From: the human T2T-CHM13v2.0 reference genome, Homo sapiens
Reading direction: 5' to 3' (one strand)
NCBI RefSeq assembly: GCF_009914755.1
Contig: NC_060928.1
DNA: 64,000 nt
Shown piece after piece: positions 28,271 to 42,619 of this stretch (the first letter of the stretch is position 1; each line of letters starts with the position of its first letter). The notes under the pieces are model-generated. The model searched no databases. It was given only the letters and a program-made list of their open reading frames with translations, and was not told the DNA's origin. Position numbers and translations under genes: made by a program.

Positions 28271-29250
28271 TTCCTCACCACACTCCAAGCTCTTCTCTTT
28301 GCCTGTTCCTCACCACACTCCAAGCTTCTCTCCAAGCCTGTTCCTCACCACACTCCAAGCTTCTCTCCTTGCCTGTTCCTCACCACACTCCAAGCTCCTC
28401 TCCTTGCCTGTTCCTCGCCACAGTCCAAGCTTCTCTCCTTGCTTGTTCCTCGCCACACTCCAAGCTCCTCTCCTTGCCTGTTCCTCACCACACTCCAAGC
28501 TTCTCTCCTTGCCTGTTCCTCACCACACTCCAAGCTTCTCTCCTGCCTGTTCCTCACCACACTCCAAGCTTCTCTCCTGCCTGTTCCTCACCACACTCCA
28601 AGTTTCTCTCCTGCCTGTTCCTCACCACACTCCAAGCTTCTCTCCTGCCTGTTCCTCACCACACTCCAAGCTCCTCTCCAAGCCTGTTCCTCACCACACT
28701 CCAAGCTTCTCTCCTCCCTGTTCCTCACCACACTCCAAGTTTCTCTCCTGCCTGTTCCTCACCACACTCCAAGCTTCTCTCCTGCCTGTTCCTCACCACA
28801 CTCCAAGCTTCTCTCCAAGCCTGTTCCTCACCACACTCCAAGCTCCTCTCCTTGCCTGTTCCTCACCACACTCCAAGCTCCTCTCCTTGCCTGTTCCTCA
28901 CCACACTCCAAGCTTCCCTCCTTGCCTGTTCCTCACCACACTCCAAGCTTCCCTCCTTGCCTGTTCCTCACCACACTCCAAGCTTCTCTCCAAGCCTGTT
29001 CCTCACCACACTCCAAGCTTCTCTCCAAGCCTGTTCCTCACCACACTCCAAGCTTCTCTCCAAGCCTGTTCCTCACCACACTCCAAGCTTCTCTCCAAGC
29101 CTGTTCCTCACCACACTCCAAGCTCCTCTCCTTGCCTGTTCCTCACCACACTCCAAGCTTCTCTCCAAGCCTGTTCCTCACCACACTCCAAGCTCCTCTC
29201 CAAGCCTGTTCCTCACCACACTCCAAGCTCCTCTCCTTGCCTGTTCCTCC
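28270..29250 (+). repeat. minisatellite, 34-35-bp unit, ~28 copies
   Basis: Unit gcctgttcctcaccacactccaagct(t/c)ctctcc(tt/aa/t). Confidence 0.97.
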
Positions 29251-29930
29251 ATCTGAAATGCTGTTCCCCTAGACCTTTATATCTGTCTCCTCCATGTTTA
29301 ACAATTTTATGGATTTTTATTTGGAATTCACATTAATATTGATGACATTAAAGTACATATAAATTCATATCCATATTGTATTTAGATCAATGATGGGTTT
29401 ATATAAATGTAAATTTTAGTTCCAACAATTTGGGTCATCCGTGAATACAAGTATGTTTAATATAAAATGTATTTTAATATAAAAAAGCTATTGATAATGT
29501 CATATAGATTGGAAATTTTAAACTCTATTGATGAACATTGAGTCTCTTTTCACTTAAATGTTATATTGCATAAATCAAACACTTTGTCAAAACAAAGCAA
29601 TAAATGAACAGACAGGTAGGTGATAATTTCTGGCAATGACAAAGCTATGTAAAAATCTAACAGTGTAAAGTGATGTGGCAGGTATGCGAAGGCGTCTAAT
29701 TTAAGTAAAATCAGCAAGGAGGATCTCAGAAGAGATGGCGCTGGAGTCATGTTCTCAAGTAGAGATGAGCATGTTTTGAAATGATATGGTCAGAGCCTCA
29801 CGTGATTTGAATACTATTTCTTACATATCTACTGGTGAGTTTCAGAGGCAAACAAGAACTTGAATGAGAGTACATTAGAAAACTAATTATATTTCAAGAA
29901 TATTTTACAAATGGTTTGAGGTAGGCTTAG

Positions 29931-30293
29931 TGATATGGTTTGGCTGTGTTCCCACCCAATTCTCACCTTGAATTGTAATAATCCCTGCACATTAGCCACC
30001 TGGCGGGGCCAGGTGGAGATAATTGAATCATGGAGGCCGTTTCCTCCCATACTGTTCCCGTGGTAGTGAATAAGTCTCATGAGATCTGTTGGTTTTATAG
30101 AGGGGAATTTCCCTGCACAAGCTCTCTGTTGCCTGCTGCCATGTAAGATGTGTCCTTCTTCCTCTTCACTTTCTGCCATGATTGTGAGGCCTCCCCAGCC
30201 ATGTGGAACTGTGAGCCAATTAAACCTCCTTCCTTTGTAAATTACCCAGTCCCAGGTATGTCTTTATTAGCAGCACGAGAACAGACTAATACA
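29931..30293 (+). mobile_element. THE1 MaLR solo LTR
   Basis: tgatatggtttggctgtg...gaacagactaataca; 5-bp TSD cttag at 29926-29930 and 30294-30298. Confidence 0.95.
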
Positions 30294-30759
30294 CTTAGCT
30301 TACGTACAAATTATAATAATTATAATAACTTGTACCTAAGCTAAGCCTGCCTCAAACCATTCTTGAAATATGATTGTCCACTTTCCAATTCAAAAAGTAC
30401 CAAATTTCTTAGATTAATACATTTTTAAAATGCCTAAATAAGGAAGGGTTTTCAAACAGAAGGCTTCCCATTTAGGTTTCTGCTGCTTCTTGTCCTATAG
30501 TATTTAAACACCACCATCCAGGACATCCAAGAAACGGTGGTTCCTTCTTAAGACAAAGGACCATTCATCTTTATCTTTCTATAGTATTGCACACCTCTGG
30601 CATATAATAAGCATTCAAAAACCATTTGATCAACCAATCAATCAATCTTTTATCCTCCAATGTCAAGCTAAGTCAGTTTCTAACATGTAGAAAACACTAA
30701 GTCAATGTGTTTGTTGAGTTAGCATGTTATGAATACATCATTCATCTAAATCCCTGAGT

Positions 30760-31030
30760 TTTGGAGGCAGGAAAATCAGAAGGATGCTGGCATTGGAGAT
30801 GGGCAAGTCTGGAGTCAAGGGAGCCCCAGCCCCACTCTGCAGTATCTATTTGGACTTAAACAAGTCCAGTAACCTTTCTGCATTTCAGACACTTCATCTG
30901 TTACAAAAGGATTATAGCTTTCAAGGTGCCGCGAGGGGTTGAAAGACAATGTGTGGAGCTCCCAACAAAGTGTGTGGCCCAGGGTAAGCCCAAGAATCAT
31001 AAAAGTCGATGTGATGATGGTGTTATTATT
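30760..31030 (+). mobile_element. MIR fragment
   Basis: ggacttaaacaagtccagtaacctttctgcatttcagacacttcatctgttacaaaaggattata, a MIR core. Confidence 0.6.
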
Positions 31031-31479
31031 AAGTGCCTTGTACATGTTTATGCCTTGGGTGCCCACGAATACAATTAGTAATGACTATTTTCATCATTGT
31101 GGGCACCAAGAGGCTTTCTGAGGTTTTTTTCCAAGCCGAACAGAACCAAGAACTAATTATTATACTCCAAACCCTTATTCTTAGTCTCAAGACTAAGCAG
31201 CACATGCCATGAGAGTTAGAGTCCTCCCTCCAGCTAGGAGCCTCTGCTAGGAAGCAGGCCAGTGAGCTATCCATAAAAGCACAACCTCTGCTAGAGAACA
31301 GTAAGCTGCAGACAGGTTTTATATGTGGCTATTCTTCTCAGACCAGAAGAGACATTCTGTTGGCATTTTCATCTAACAGTATAAAGTTACAATACAAATA
31401 TAAGGGTAGTTGTTATTGGATAACACTTTAACAGCATTTTCTTTTTAAATCTCTGTATAGAGAGGATTTCTATTAACAT

Positions 31480-32350
31480 ATAACAGGCCAAAAACCTGAG
31501 CATCATCCTGAGCATCATTCTTTCTCTCACGCCCTGCCTCCAATCCCTCAGAAAATGTGATTGTCCTACTTTCAAGATCTACCCAAATCTGGCTTTTCTC
31601 ACCACCTCCAATGCTACAACCTGGTTGGAGTCACCATCATCTTTCACTGGGAGGTTGCACAAGCCTCTCACAGACTCCACTGTTTCTACCCCTGACCCCT
31701 GCAGTCTACTCTGAGCACAGCAGTCAGAAGCATTCTTTTGAGACTTCCTTTTAGACACACTTCTGCCCAGCACCCTGCAATCGCTTTCCACTTCTGAGCT
31801 GGTGGGCTCTGAGGCCATCCGTGGTCTGGACCCAATACCAGTCCAACCTCCCCTCTGAAAGCTCCACCCTCCCTCACTGCTGCAGCCATGCCAGACTCCA
31901 TGCTCATCCATGGATGCAAGAGGCAAGCACCTGTCTCATGATCCTTGCTCTATCTGCTCTCCATTTGGAAGTCTCTTCTCTCAGATAGCCATGATCTATT
32001 TCTTTATCTTTTTCAAATTTTGGCTCAAGCTTCTTCTTTTCAGGGGGTCTACCCACTGCTCTGATCACCCCGCTTAACCCTGAAACCTCCCTCACCCAGA
32101 CACACACAGCACAGCACTCTGCACTCTCATCACTCTGTCCTACTGTTCTCCATAATTCTGTTCACTTTTACCACTCTGTACTGCCCACTTTATTGTGTTT
32201 ATTGTTGACTACCTGCCCCTCCCTGTGAAAAACAAGCACCTTGAGGATGGAGATCTTTGTCTCTTTTGTTCACTGATTTGCTGAAGCACAGAAAACTTAT
32301 GAGCAGTGCTTGGCTCATAGCAGGTACTCAGGAAATACTGAATCAGTGAA
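31480..32350 (+). mobile_element. L2 3' portion
   Basis: aggccaaaaacctgagcatcatcctga...gcagtgcttggctcatagcaggtactcaggaaatactgaat. Confidence 0.75.
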
Positions 32351-32974
32351 TATAAACTAAGAAGACAATGATGCCTTACCATGAGTGGAAAGATGCCCAT
32401 CATGTGGGAAGCAAGCAAATCTTTATGTGTGCAAAATCAGGGCTTTGCCACCTGTTTAGAGCAACCATTTCTTCCTCTGCTTAGAGGCATCAACAGGATA
32501 TGAGCAGGTGTTTAGTAGAGAATATAATCAGTTTAGTTTTTCAGAGCAGATGATACAAAAATATTCTTCTCACACAGATTATGAGATATTGAGCCTAACG
32601 GTTTTGAAATTTAGGAAAAGTTAATATGAATGAGAGAAAAATAACCAAAAAGAAATAGCAATTATTCCTTACTAATGTTATTTTTCTGTCTGCAAAGTAA
32701 ACATAGTAAAAGAAATTTTTCACTTTAAGTTATGAAAGTTGACACTATTATCTATAATTTTTACATGTGCCTCTATTATATGTCCTCTAGCCTTTCACTA
32801 AACTAGACCCATTGTAATCTGCTATTATTTGTACTTATTTTACCTATAATTTGGAAATAAGGTGATTAGCATATTTTTCCTTAAATTTTATTCCTGGTCT
32901 CAAAGACTTTTTCGACATAGTCATTAACTCTAAGACTAAACAAAAGTGAATAGCTAAAGAAAAGGTTATACTGG

Positions 32975-33182
32975 GCTGGAAAGCTACAGGTTGAAGGCCA
33001 GTTTGGCCCACATTTTTTTTTTTTTATAAAGATGATTGAAACAGCCATGCCCATTCACCTGCCTCTTGTCCATGGCTGCTTTCTAACTGGCAGAGTTGAG
33101 TATTTGTGACAGAGACCATATGGCCACAGAGCCAAAAATATTTACTCTCTGTCCCTTTACAGAAAACGTTTGCTGACCTTGT
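32975..33182. mobile_element. MER58A (hAT-Charlie)
   Basis: ggcagagttgagtatttgtgacagagaccatatggcc..aaaatatttactctctgtccctttacagaaaacgtttgctgacc. Confidence 0.85.
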
Positions 33183-33824
33183 ATGAGGCAGTCGATCTTC
33201 CTCCTACTGGCTTTTCACATGTTGCTGTGTGTCTGTGTGAGGTCATTTATTGAGCACCAAATGTGCCAAATATGCATCATGACTATGCGTCTAGCACAAG
33301 ACGGTGACGATCGCAAACATGTCATGATAGTTGCCGAAGGTGCTGTGGACAAACATCACTCCCTTCCCTCCACGTTAGAGACAAGATGGGAAAGAGAAGT
33401 GGGGAGAAATTGTTCATATCCACAAAAAGACGTCCTTCACTAAAGAGCACTGGCTCAGCCCTTGAATGCTGAGAAACTAAAAACAGAGAAAGGTTAAGGA
33501 CACAGGAAACAGGGATGACGAATAGCTCCTTACATTTTCTAATAACTCAGGGTATTGCAGGTGGCCAGAGCCAACCCAAATCATCACATCCAAACATGGG
33601 ACAAGGCAAAACCTGAAACTGTTAAGAGACATGCAGCGTCAGTTTGATTCCCGCTGCGGACGAGGGGCAGCCTGCACATGCTGAGGATGGACCCCGACCC
33701 TCCTGTTGCTAGCAGGCTGAGGGCAATGCCATCTCTATGCTACCTTGTGTCAGGTCACCACAGTGTCCCCAGCATCTGAATGCTGAGTGCAACCAAGGCT
33801 TTAGTTCAGCAACGTGAAACACCA

Positions 33825-34034
33825 GCTGCACTCCACACCCCAGCACCCCCACGCTGCATCCCACACCCCGGCACCCCCACGCTGCACTCCACACCCCGGC
33901 ACTCACACGCCGCACTCCACACCCCGGCACCCCCACGCTGCACTCCACACCCCGCCTCTCACACGCTGCATCCCACACCCCGGCACCCCCACGCTGCACT
34001 CCACACCCCGGCACTCCCACGCTGCATCCCACCC
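33825..34034 (+). repeat. C-rich minisatellite, 28-bp unit, ~7 copies
   Basis: Unit gctgca(ct/tc)ccacaccccggcacccccac. Confidence 0.95.
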
Positions 34035-34299
34035 TAGGAAAGCACAAGGAAATCATGTGAGCACCACAGGGGCCAATTTGTGCTGCATCTTCTCCAGCAT
34101 TCCAGTCAACAGACACTGAGCAGTAGACAGGAAAGAATTCCTCAAGCTGAGTTCAACAGGAATCCCTTCCTTGAGAATATGTACCAGACCACAGGATTAT
34201 TTTAGAAAGCATTAATCCTAGGAACATGTAATTGGGGTGATTCCTAACAGACTAGGAGTTATAAATAGAGCACAGACATATTTGGTCTATAAATAAAAT

Positions 34300-34472
34300 T
34301 CTTTTAACTGATGTTTTATTGTGGTAAGATATACATGACTAAAATGTGCCATTTTAATGATTTTCAAATGTACAACTCAGTGGCATTAAATTCATTCCCA
34401 TTGTTGTGCAGCCATCACCAATATCCACTCCAGCACTTTTCATCATCCCACACTGAAACGCTGTACCTTTCA
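34300..34472 (-). mobile_element. L1MB-type 3' end, left part of an element split by L1PB
   Basis: ttttattgtggtaagatatacatgactaaaatgtgccattttaa..tgttgtgcagccatcacca; continues at 41837. Confidence 0.8.
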
Positions 34473-37278
34473 GGTAGGAGAGAAAAAACACCAGAGAGGA
34501 GACAGGACTAACGTGCAGCTCCCATTTAGACAAACAGATCAGCGTCTGGAGATTCACATTGTGAACTTCTGTTCCAAGAACCAGTGTAGGGACATACTAG
34601 GGAGACTGAAAGAATTCACAGACCCTTTGAAAGAAGTGGCTTGCCACTGCAAATGCTGCAAGACAGCTGAAAAACTGTGAGTTCCCAAAGTGTGAGAGGC
34701 GAAAAAGTCTGCCTCTGAACACACATCCCCACTGGGGAACCTGAAAATTCAGATCACAGGAGAAGGCTTTAATCTTACCTAGAGCTGAAATGGATTTAGG
34801 AAGCCGAGCAAAATATAAAAGTAGAAGAAGCAGTGGGAAGAGCCCTGTAGGCACTCCCAGTCCCCAGCGAAGCCCAGGGAAGCCATTCCTGGCCTTATGT
34901 CACAGTCCTTGGGGAAGGGAGGGGAGTCAGTGAAATTGCAGAGGGGCCACAGGGTGACAGAAGCTCCTAGCTGAACTTTGTAATAATTTTGACTGAGCAC
35001 AAACTTTCCTGAGTAGAATGGAGATGGTGGGTTGTGGGAGTGGGTGGCAAATGGGAAGCACAATAGAGCACAGAAGCTTGCAGCCAAAGGTGTGAGCAGG
35101 CAGAGAGGTGAAGCCTGAGAGCCCTGCTTGCTTTCTCAGTGGAATGGCTTGTAGCCTGGGGCAAGATCTCAGCCCTGCTCACTGGCTGCCAGGATATAAA
35201 CTCAGTGCAGTTTGGGTGGCATACAGGAGACTGGCCCCACTGGCTGCATGAGAGCTGGGTGAGGCCTGTCACTGGCAGCTTTCCCCCACCTTCCCTGGCA
35301 ACCAGAATGATGCAGCAAAGGCTCCATTGGCCTGAGAACCACCCCATAATCCCCCATAGTGGCTGAAGCAAGCCCTGCCCAAGGAGAGTCTGAGCTTAGA
35401 CATGCCTAGCCCTGTCTTCAGCTGATGGTTTTTCTCTACCTGCCCTGGTAGCTGAAGACAAAAGACATAAACTCTTGGGAGCTCTATGTCCCTGCCCATC
35501 ACCTGAGAAACCCGAGTACTTATCCTGGCCAACATAGGGCAAGATGGTAGCCCCCTTCTACAACTGTAGCTTGTGCTCTCTTGAGAGTGCCACCTCCTGG
35601 CTGGAGGCCAACCAACTGAAGCCATTACAGCAACTCATAAGAGAACAACCCTGCTCCATAGAAGGAGAAAACAACAGCTAATTCCACGGTCTGCAACATC
35701 CTGGCTAACCAGAGGTCCTGAGTCTGTCCATGTGAAAATTTCACTGCTAGCATAACCAGCATTTGAGAAAACCATCACATTACAACAACCAAAAAATCCC
35801 AGAGTTCACTTCACTCCCCTGCCACCTCCACCAGAGCAGGGGCTGTTATCCAGAATTGGGAGACCTGAAGACAAATCACAGCACAGGACTTTTTGCAGAC
35901 ATTCTGCAGCACCGGCCTGGAGCCCAGTAGCCCCACTGGGTGTCTAGACCCAGAAGGGCATTAGCAATCACTGCAATCTGGCTCTCAAGAAGCCCTATCC
36001 CTAGAGGAAGGGGGAGGGCACACATCAAGAGAGCACCACCACGTGGGACAAGAGAATCTGAATAGCAGCCCTTGAGTTCCAGATCTTTCCACTGAAACAG
36101 TCTACCCAAATGAAAAGAAACCAAAAAAGTAATTCTGGTAATATGACAAAACAAGTTGTATAGTACCGCCAAAAGATCACACTAGCTCTCCAGCTGTGGA
36201 TCCAAACCAAGAAGAAATCTCTGAATTGCCAAAAAAAAAAAAAAAAAAAAAAAATTGGGAGGTTGGTTATTAAGCTATTCAAGGAGGCACCAGAATAAGG
36301 TGAAAACCAACTTCAAGAAATGTTGAAAACAATACAGTATATGGATGAAAAAGTCTCCAGAGAAACAGGTATCATAAAGCAAAGACAATCACAATTTCTG
36401 GAAATGAAAGACACACTTAGAAAAATATAAAATACACTGAAAAGTTTCAACAATAGAATAAAACAAGTAGAATAAAGAACTTCAGAGCTCAATGACAAGG
36501 CTTTCAAATTAACTGAAAAAAAGAGACAAAGAAAAAAGAATTTTAAAAAATTAACAGACTCCAAGAAATTTGGGGTTTTGTTAAATAACCAAGCATAAGA
36601 ATAATTGGCATTCCTGAGGAAGAAAAGAAATCTAAATGTTTGGAAAACTTATTTGAGGGAATACTCAGGGAAAACTTCCCTGGCCTTGCTAGAGATCTAG
36701 ACATCCAAATACAAGAAGCTCAAAGAACACCTGGGAAATTCATCACAAAAAGATCATCACCTATGCACATAGTCATCAGGTTATCTAAAGTTAAGATGAA
36801 AGAAATAATCTTAAGAGCTGTGAGGCAAAAGCAGCAGGTAACCTATAAAGAAAAAGCTATCAGATTGACAACAGATTCCTCAGCAGAAACCCTACAGGAC
36901 AGAAGGGATGGGGTCCTATATTTAGCCTCCTTAAACAAAACAATAACAGTCAAGAATTTTATATCTAGTGAAACTAAGCTTCATAAATGAAGGAGAGATA
37001 AAGTATTTTTCAAACAAACAAATGTTGAGAGAATTTGTTACTACCAAGCCAGCACTACAAAAAATGCTAAAAGGAGTCTTAAATCTTGAAATGAAACCTA
37101 AAATACACCAAAATAGAACCTCTTTAAAGCATAAATCTCACAGGATCTATAAAACAATAACACAATTAAAAAAACAACATATTGAGACTACAACTAGCAT
37201 GATGAATAGAACAGTACCTCACATCTCAATATTAATGTTGAACATAAATGGATTAAATGCTTCACTTAAGAGATACAG

Positions 37279-37664
<386 letters not shown>

Positions 37665-38115
37665 CTAAGGTAACCAAGTGGAAAAAGATATTCCACACAA
37701 ATGGATACCAAAAGTGAGTAGAAGTATCCATTCTTGTATCAGACAGAAAAGACTTTAAATCAGCAACAGTTAAATAGTGATCAAAAACTAGTCCAACAGG
37801 AGAAAAATCACAGTCCTAAATACATATGCACCTAACACTGGAGCTCCAAAATTTATAGAACAATTATCATGAGACCTAAGAAATTAGATAGACAGCAACA
37901 CTATAATAGTGGGCACTTCAGTACTCCACTGACCACTAGAAAGGCCATAAATACAGGTCAACAAAGAAACAATGGAAAACTACACCCTAGAACAAATGGA
38001 CTTAACAGATGTTTATAGAACATTCTATCCGACAACTGCTGAATATACGTTCTTCTCCTCAGCACATGGAACATTCTCCAAAATAGACTATATGATAGGC
38101 CACTAAATGTGTCTC

Positions 38116-38427
38116 GGCCGGGTGTGGTGGCTCACACCTGTAATCCCAGCACTTTGGGAGGCCAAGGCAGACATATCACCTGAGGTCAAGAGTTTGAGAC
38201 CAGCCTGGCCAACATGGCAAAACCCTGTCTCTACTAAAAATACAAAAACAATTAGCTGGGCATAGTGGCATGCACCTGTAGTCCCAGCTACTAGGGAAGG
38301 TGAGGCAGAAGAATCACTTGAACCTGGGAGGAGGAAGTTTCAGTGAGCTGAGATCATGCCACTGCACTCCAGCCTGGGCAACAAGAGTGAGACTCCATCT
38401 AAAAAAAAAAAAAAAAAAAAAAAAAAA
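38116..38427 (+). mobile_element. AluS, inserted in L1 ORF2
   Basis: ggccgggtgtggtggctcacacctgtaatcccagc... with long poly-A; short TSD tgtctc. Confidence 0.94.
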
Positions 38428-41400
38428 CCATGTCTCAATTAATTTAAGAAAATTGAAATTATGTAAAATACTCTCTCTCAGACCACAGTGGAATAAAATT
38501 ACAAATTAACTGTCAAAGGAGCCATCAAAACTATACAAATACATGGAAACTAAATAATCTGTTCCAGAATGATCCTTGGGTTAAATAAAATAAAGATGGA
38601 AATTAAAAAACATATTTGAACTGAACAAAAATAGTGACACAGCCAATCAAAATCTCTGGGACACAGCAAAAGCGGTGCTAAGAGGAGAGTTCATAGCATT
38701 GAATGCCTACATCAAAGAGTCTGAAAGAGCACAAATAAACAACCCAAGGTCACACCTCAAGGAACTAGAGAAGCAAGAACAGACCAAACCCAAATCCAGC
38801 AGAAAAAAAGAAATAACCAGGATCACAGTAGAACTAAATAAAATTGAAACAAGCAAACAAAAACAATACAAAAGATAAATTAAGCAAAAAGCTGGTTCTT
38901 TTTGCATAAACAAAAGTGAGATACTATTAGCAAGATTAATCAAGAGAAAAAGAGAGGAGATCCAAGTAAACTCAATTAGAAATGAAATGGGAGATGTTAA
39001 ACTAATACCACAGAAATACAAAAGATCATTCAAGGCTACTATGAACACCTTTATGTCCACAAACTAGAAAACCTAAAAGATTTGGATAAATTATTGGAAA
39101 TATATAATCCTCCTAGATTAAACCAGAAAAAAATAGAAACTCTGAACAGACCAATAACAAGTAGCAAGATTAAAACAGCAATAAAAAAACTGCCAGCAAC
39201 AACAAGTCCAGGAGCAGCTGGATTCTATCAGACATTCAAAGAAGAATTGGTACCAATCCTACTGAAACTATTCCAAAAGATAGAGAAAGAGGGAATCCTC
39301 CCTAAATCATTCTATGAAGCCAGAATTACCCTAATACCAAAACCAGGAAAAGATATAACAAAAAAAAGAAAACTACAAACCAATATCCCTGATGAACATA
39401 GATGTGAAAATCCTCCACAAAATACTATCTAACTCAATTCAACAGCATATCAAAAAGATAATCCACCATGATCAAGTGTGTTTGATAACAGGGATACAGG
39501 GATGGTTTAACATATGCAAGTCAACAAATGTGATACAGCACATAAACAGAAGTAAAATCAAAAGTCATATGATCACCTCAATAGATGCAGAAAAAGCATT
39601 TGATGAAATCCAGCATCCCTTTATGATTAAAACCCTCAGCAAAACAGCATAGAGGGACATACCTTAAGGTAATAAAAGCCATTTATGACAAATCCACAGC
39701 CAACATCATACTGAATGGGAAAAGCTCAAAGAATTTTCTCTAATCAGTGGAACAAAACAAGGATGCCCACTTTCACCACTTGTATTCAACATAGTACTGA
39801 AAGTCTTAGCCAGAGCAATTAGACAAGAGAGGTAAATAAAAGGCATCCAAATCAGTAATGAGAAAGTCAAACTGTTGCTAATGCCACTGACATGACGGTA
39901 TACTTAGAAAACCCTAAAGACTCATCCCAAAAGCTCATAGATCTAATAAACGAATTCAGTAAAGTTTCAGGTACAAAATTAATGTACACAAATCAGTAGC
40001 ACTGCTATACACCAACAATGACCAAGCTTAGAATCAAATAAAGAATTCAATGTCTTTTACAACAGCTACAAAGAAGTAAAATACTTAAGAATATACCCAA
40101 CCAAAAATGTGAAAAATCTCTACAAGGAAAACTACAAAACACTGCTGAAAGAAATCACAGACAACACAAACAAATGGAAACACATCCTATGCTCATGGAT
40201 GGGTAGAATCAATATTGTGAAAAGGATAATTCTGCTGAAAGCAATTTATAAATTCAATGCAATTCCCATCAAAATACCATCATCATTTTTCACAGAACTA
40301 GAAAAAACAATCCTAAAATTCATATGGAACCAAAAAAGAGCCCATATGGCCAAAGCAAGATTAAATAAGCAAAAAGAACGAATCTGGAGGCATCACATTA
40401 TCTCACTTCAAGCTATACTACAAGGCTATAGCTACCAAAACAGCACAGAACTGATGAAAAAATAAGCACATAGACCAATAAAACAGAATAGAGAACTCAG
40501 AAATAAAGCCAAATACTTATGATCAACTGATCTTCCACAAAGCAAACAAAACATAAAATGGAGAAAGGATCCCCTATTAACACATGCTGCTGGGATAATT
40601 GGCAAGCCACATGTACAGGAATGAAACTAAATCCTCATCTCTCACCTTATACAAAATCAACTCAAAATGGATCAAAGACTTAAATCTAAGACCTGAAACC
40701 ATAAAAATTCTAGAAGATAACACTGGAAAAACTCTTCTAGACATTGGCCTAGGCAAAAAGTTAATGATCAAGAACTCAAAAGCAAATGCAATAAAAACAA
40801 AGATAAACCGATGAGACTTAATTAAAGTAAAAACCTTCTGCAAATCAAAAGAAATAATCATCATAGTAAACAGTCAATGCACAGAGTGGGAGAAAAGATT
40901 CGCAAACTACAAACTATGTATCCAATAGAGGACTAATATTCATAATCTACAAGAAACTCAAACAAATCAACAAGATAAAAACAAACACATCAAAAAGTGA
41001 GCTAAGGCCATGAACAGACAATTCTCAAAAGAAGATATACTAATGGCCATCAAACATATAAAGAAATGCACAACATCACTAATTATCATGGAAATGCAAA
41101 TCAAAACCACAATGCAATACCACCTTTCTCCTGCAAAAATGGCCATAATTTTAAAAATCAAAAAATTATAGACGTTGGTATGGATGTTGTGAAAAGGGAA
41201 CACTTTTACACTGCTTGTAGAAACGTAAACTAGTATAACTACTATGAAAAACAGTATGGAAATTCCTTAAAGAACTAAAAGTAGAACTTCCGTTTGATCC
41301 AGCAATCCCACTTGTGAGTATCTACCCAGACGAAAAGAAGTCATTCTATGAAAAAGACACTTGCACACACATTTATAGCAGCACAGTTTAACAGTTGCAA

Positions 41401-41836
41401 AAATAAGGAACCAGCCCAAATGCCCATCAATCAATAGTGGATAAAGAAAATGTGGTGTATATATATACCATGGAATATTACTCAGCCATAAAAATGAATG
41501 AAATAATGGTATTTGCAGCAACCTTGATGGAGTTGGAGATCACTATTCTAACTGATGTAACTCAGGAATGGAAAACCAAACATCGTATGTTCTGACTTAT
41601 AAGTGGAAGCTATGCTATGGGGACGCAAAGGCGTAAGAATGACATAATGGACTCTGGGACTTGAGGAGAAGTGGGTGATAAGGGACAAAAGGCTATACAT
41701 TGGGTACAGTGTACACTGCTTGGGTGATGGGTGCACCAAAATCTCATAATCACCACTCAAGAACTTATCCATGTAACGAAACACCACCTGCTTTCTCAAA
41801 ACTATTGAAATAATAATAATTAAAAAAAAAAAACCT

Positions 41837-42450
41837 CTGTACCTTTCAAACAATAATTCTCCATTCTGCCTTCCCCCAGCCCCTGGCAACCATCATTCTG
41901 CTTTCTGTCCCCATGAATCTTACTAAGTATATTGTATGAGGGGAATCACAGAATATTTGTCATTTTGTGACTGACTTATTTCACTTAGCATAACATCTTC
42001 AAGGTTTATCCATGTTGTAGTATGTCTCAGAATTTCATTGCCTCTTAATGCTGATTAATATTTCATTGTATGTATGTAGCACATTTTGCTTATCTATTCT
42101 TCCACTGATGGATCTTTGGGTTGCTTCCACGTTTTAGCTGTTGCAAGTAATGCTGCTATGGACATGGGTATACACACATTTGTTTAGGTCCCTACTTTCA
42201 ATTCTTTTGGATATATCCCCAGAAGTGAAAATGCTGAATGACAAGATATATCTATTTTCAATTTCTTGAAGAACCTCCAAACTGTTTTCCATTGCTACTG
42301 TACCATTTTACATTCCACCAGCAGTGTCAAGGGTTCAAATATCTGTTTTTGTTTTTGTTTTCTAGTAGTAGCCAAACTAATGGCTAGAAAGTGGTACATT
42401 GTTGCAGTTTTGATATGCATCCCTATTAATTAGTGATATTGGGCACAGGC
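41837..42450 (-). mobile_element. L1MB-type fragment, right part
   Basis: ccccagcccctggcaaccatcattctgctttctgtc..gacttatttcacttagcataa..cattccaccagcagtg; colinear with 34300-34472. Confidence 0.85.
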
Positions 42451-42619
42451 ACATTTTTAAAAACATACAATCAATAAAATTGTTAGGTCATGGGGATTGA
42501 AAGTGGTCAGTTTTTCTGGGTAATATTTATTGCTCTTCAAAGTGATTTGCATTTACAAGAATTGTTAACACATAACAAGCATCCTAGATTTGTTTTAAGA
42601 AAGAAGGGACTTTACAATT

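Noticed and set aside
28175-29336. ORFs of 331-365 aa in all three + frames
   Set aside because: Artefact of a stop-free 34-35-bp tandem repeat; no start context, splice signals or domain.
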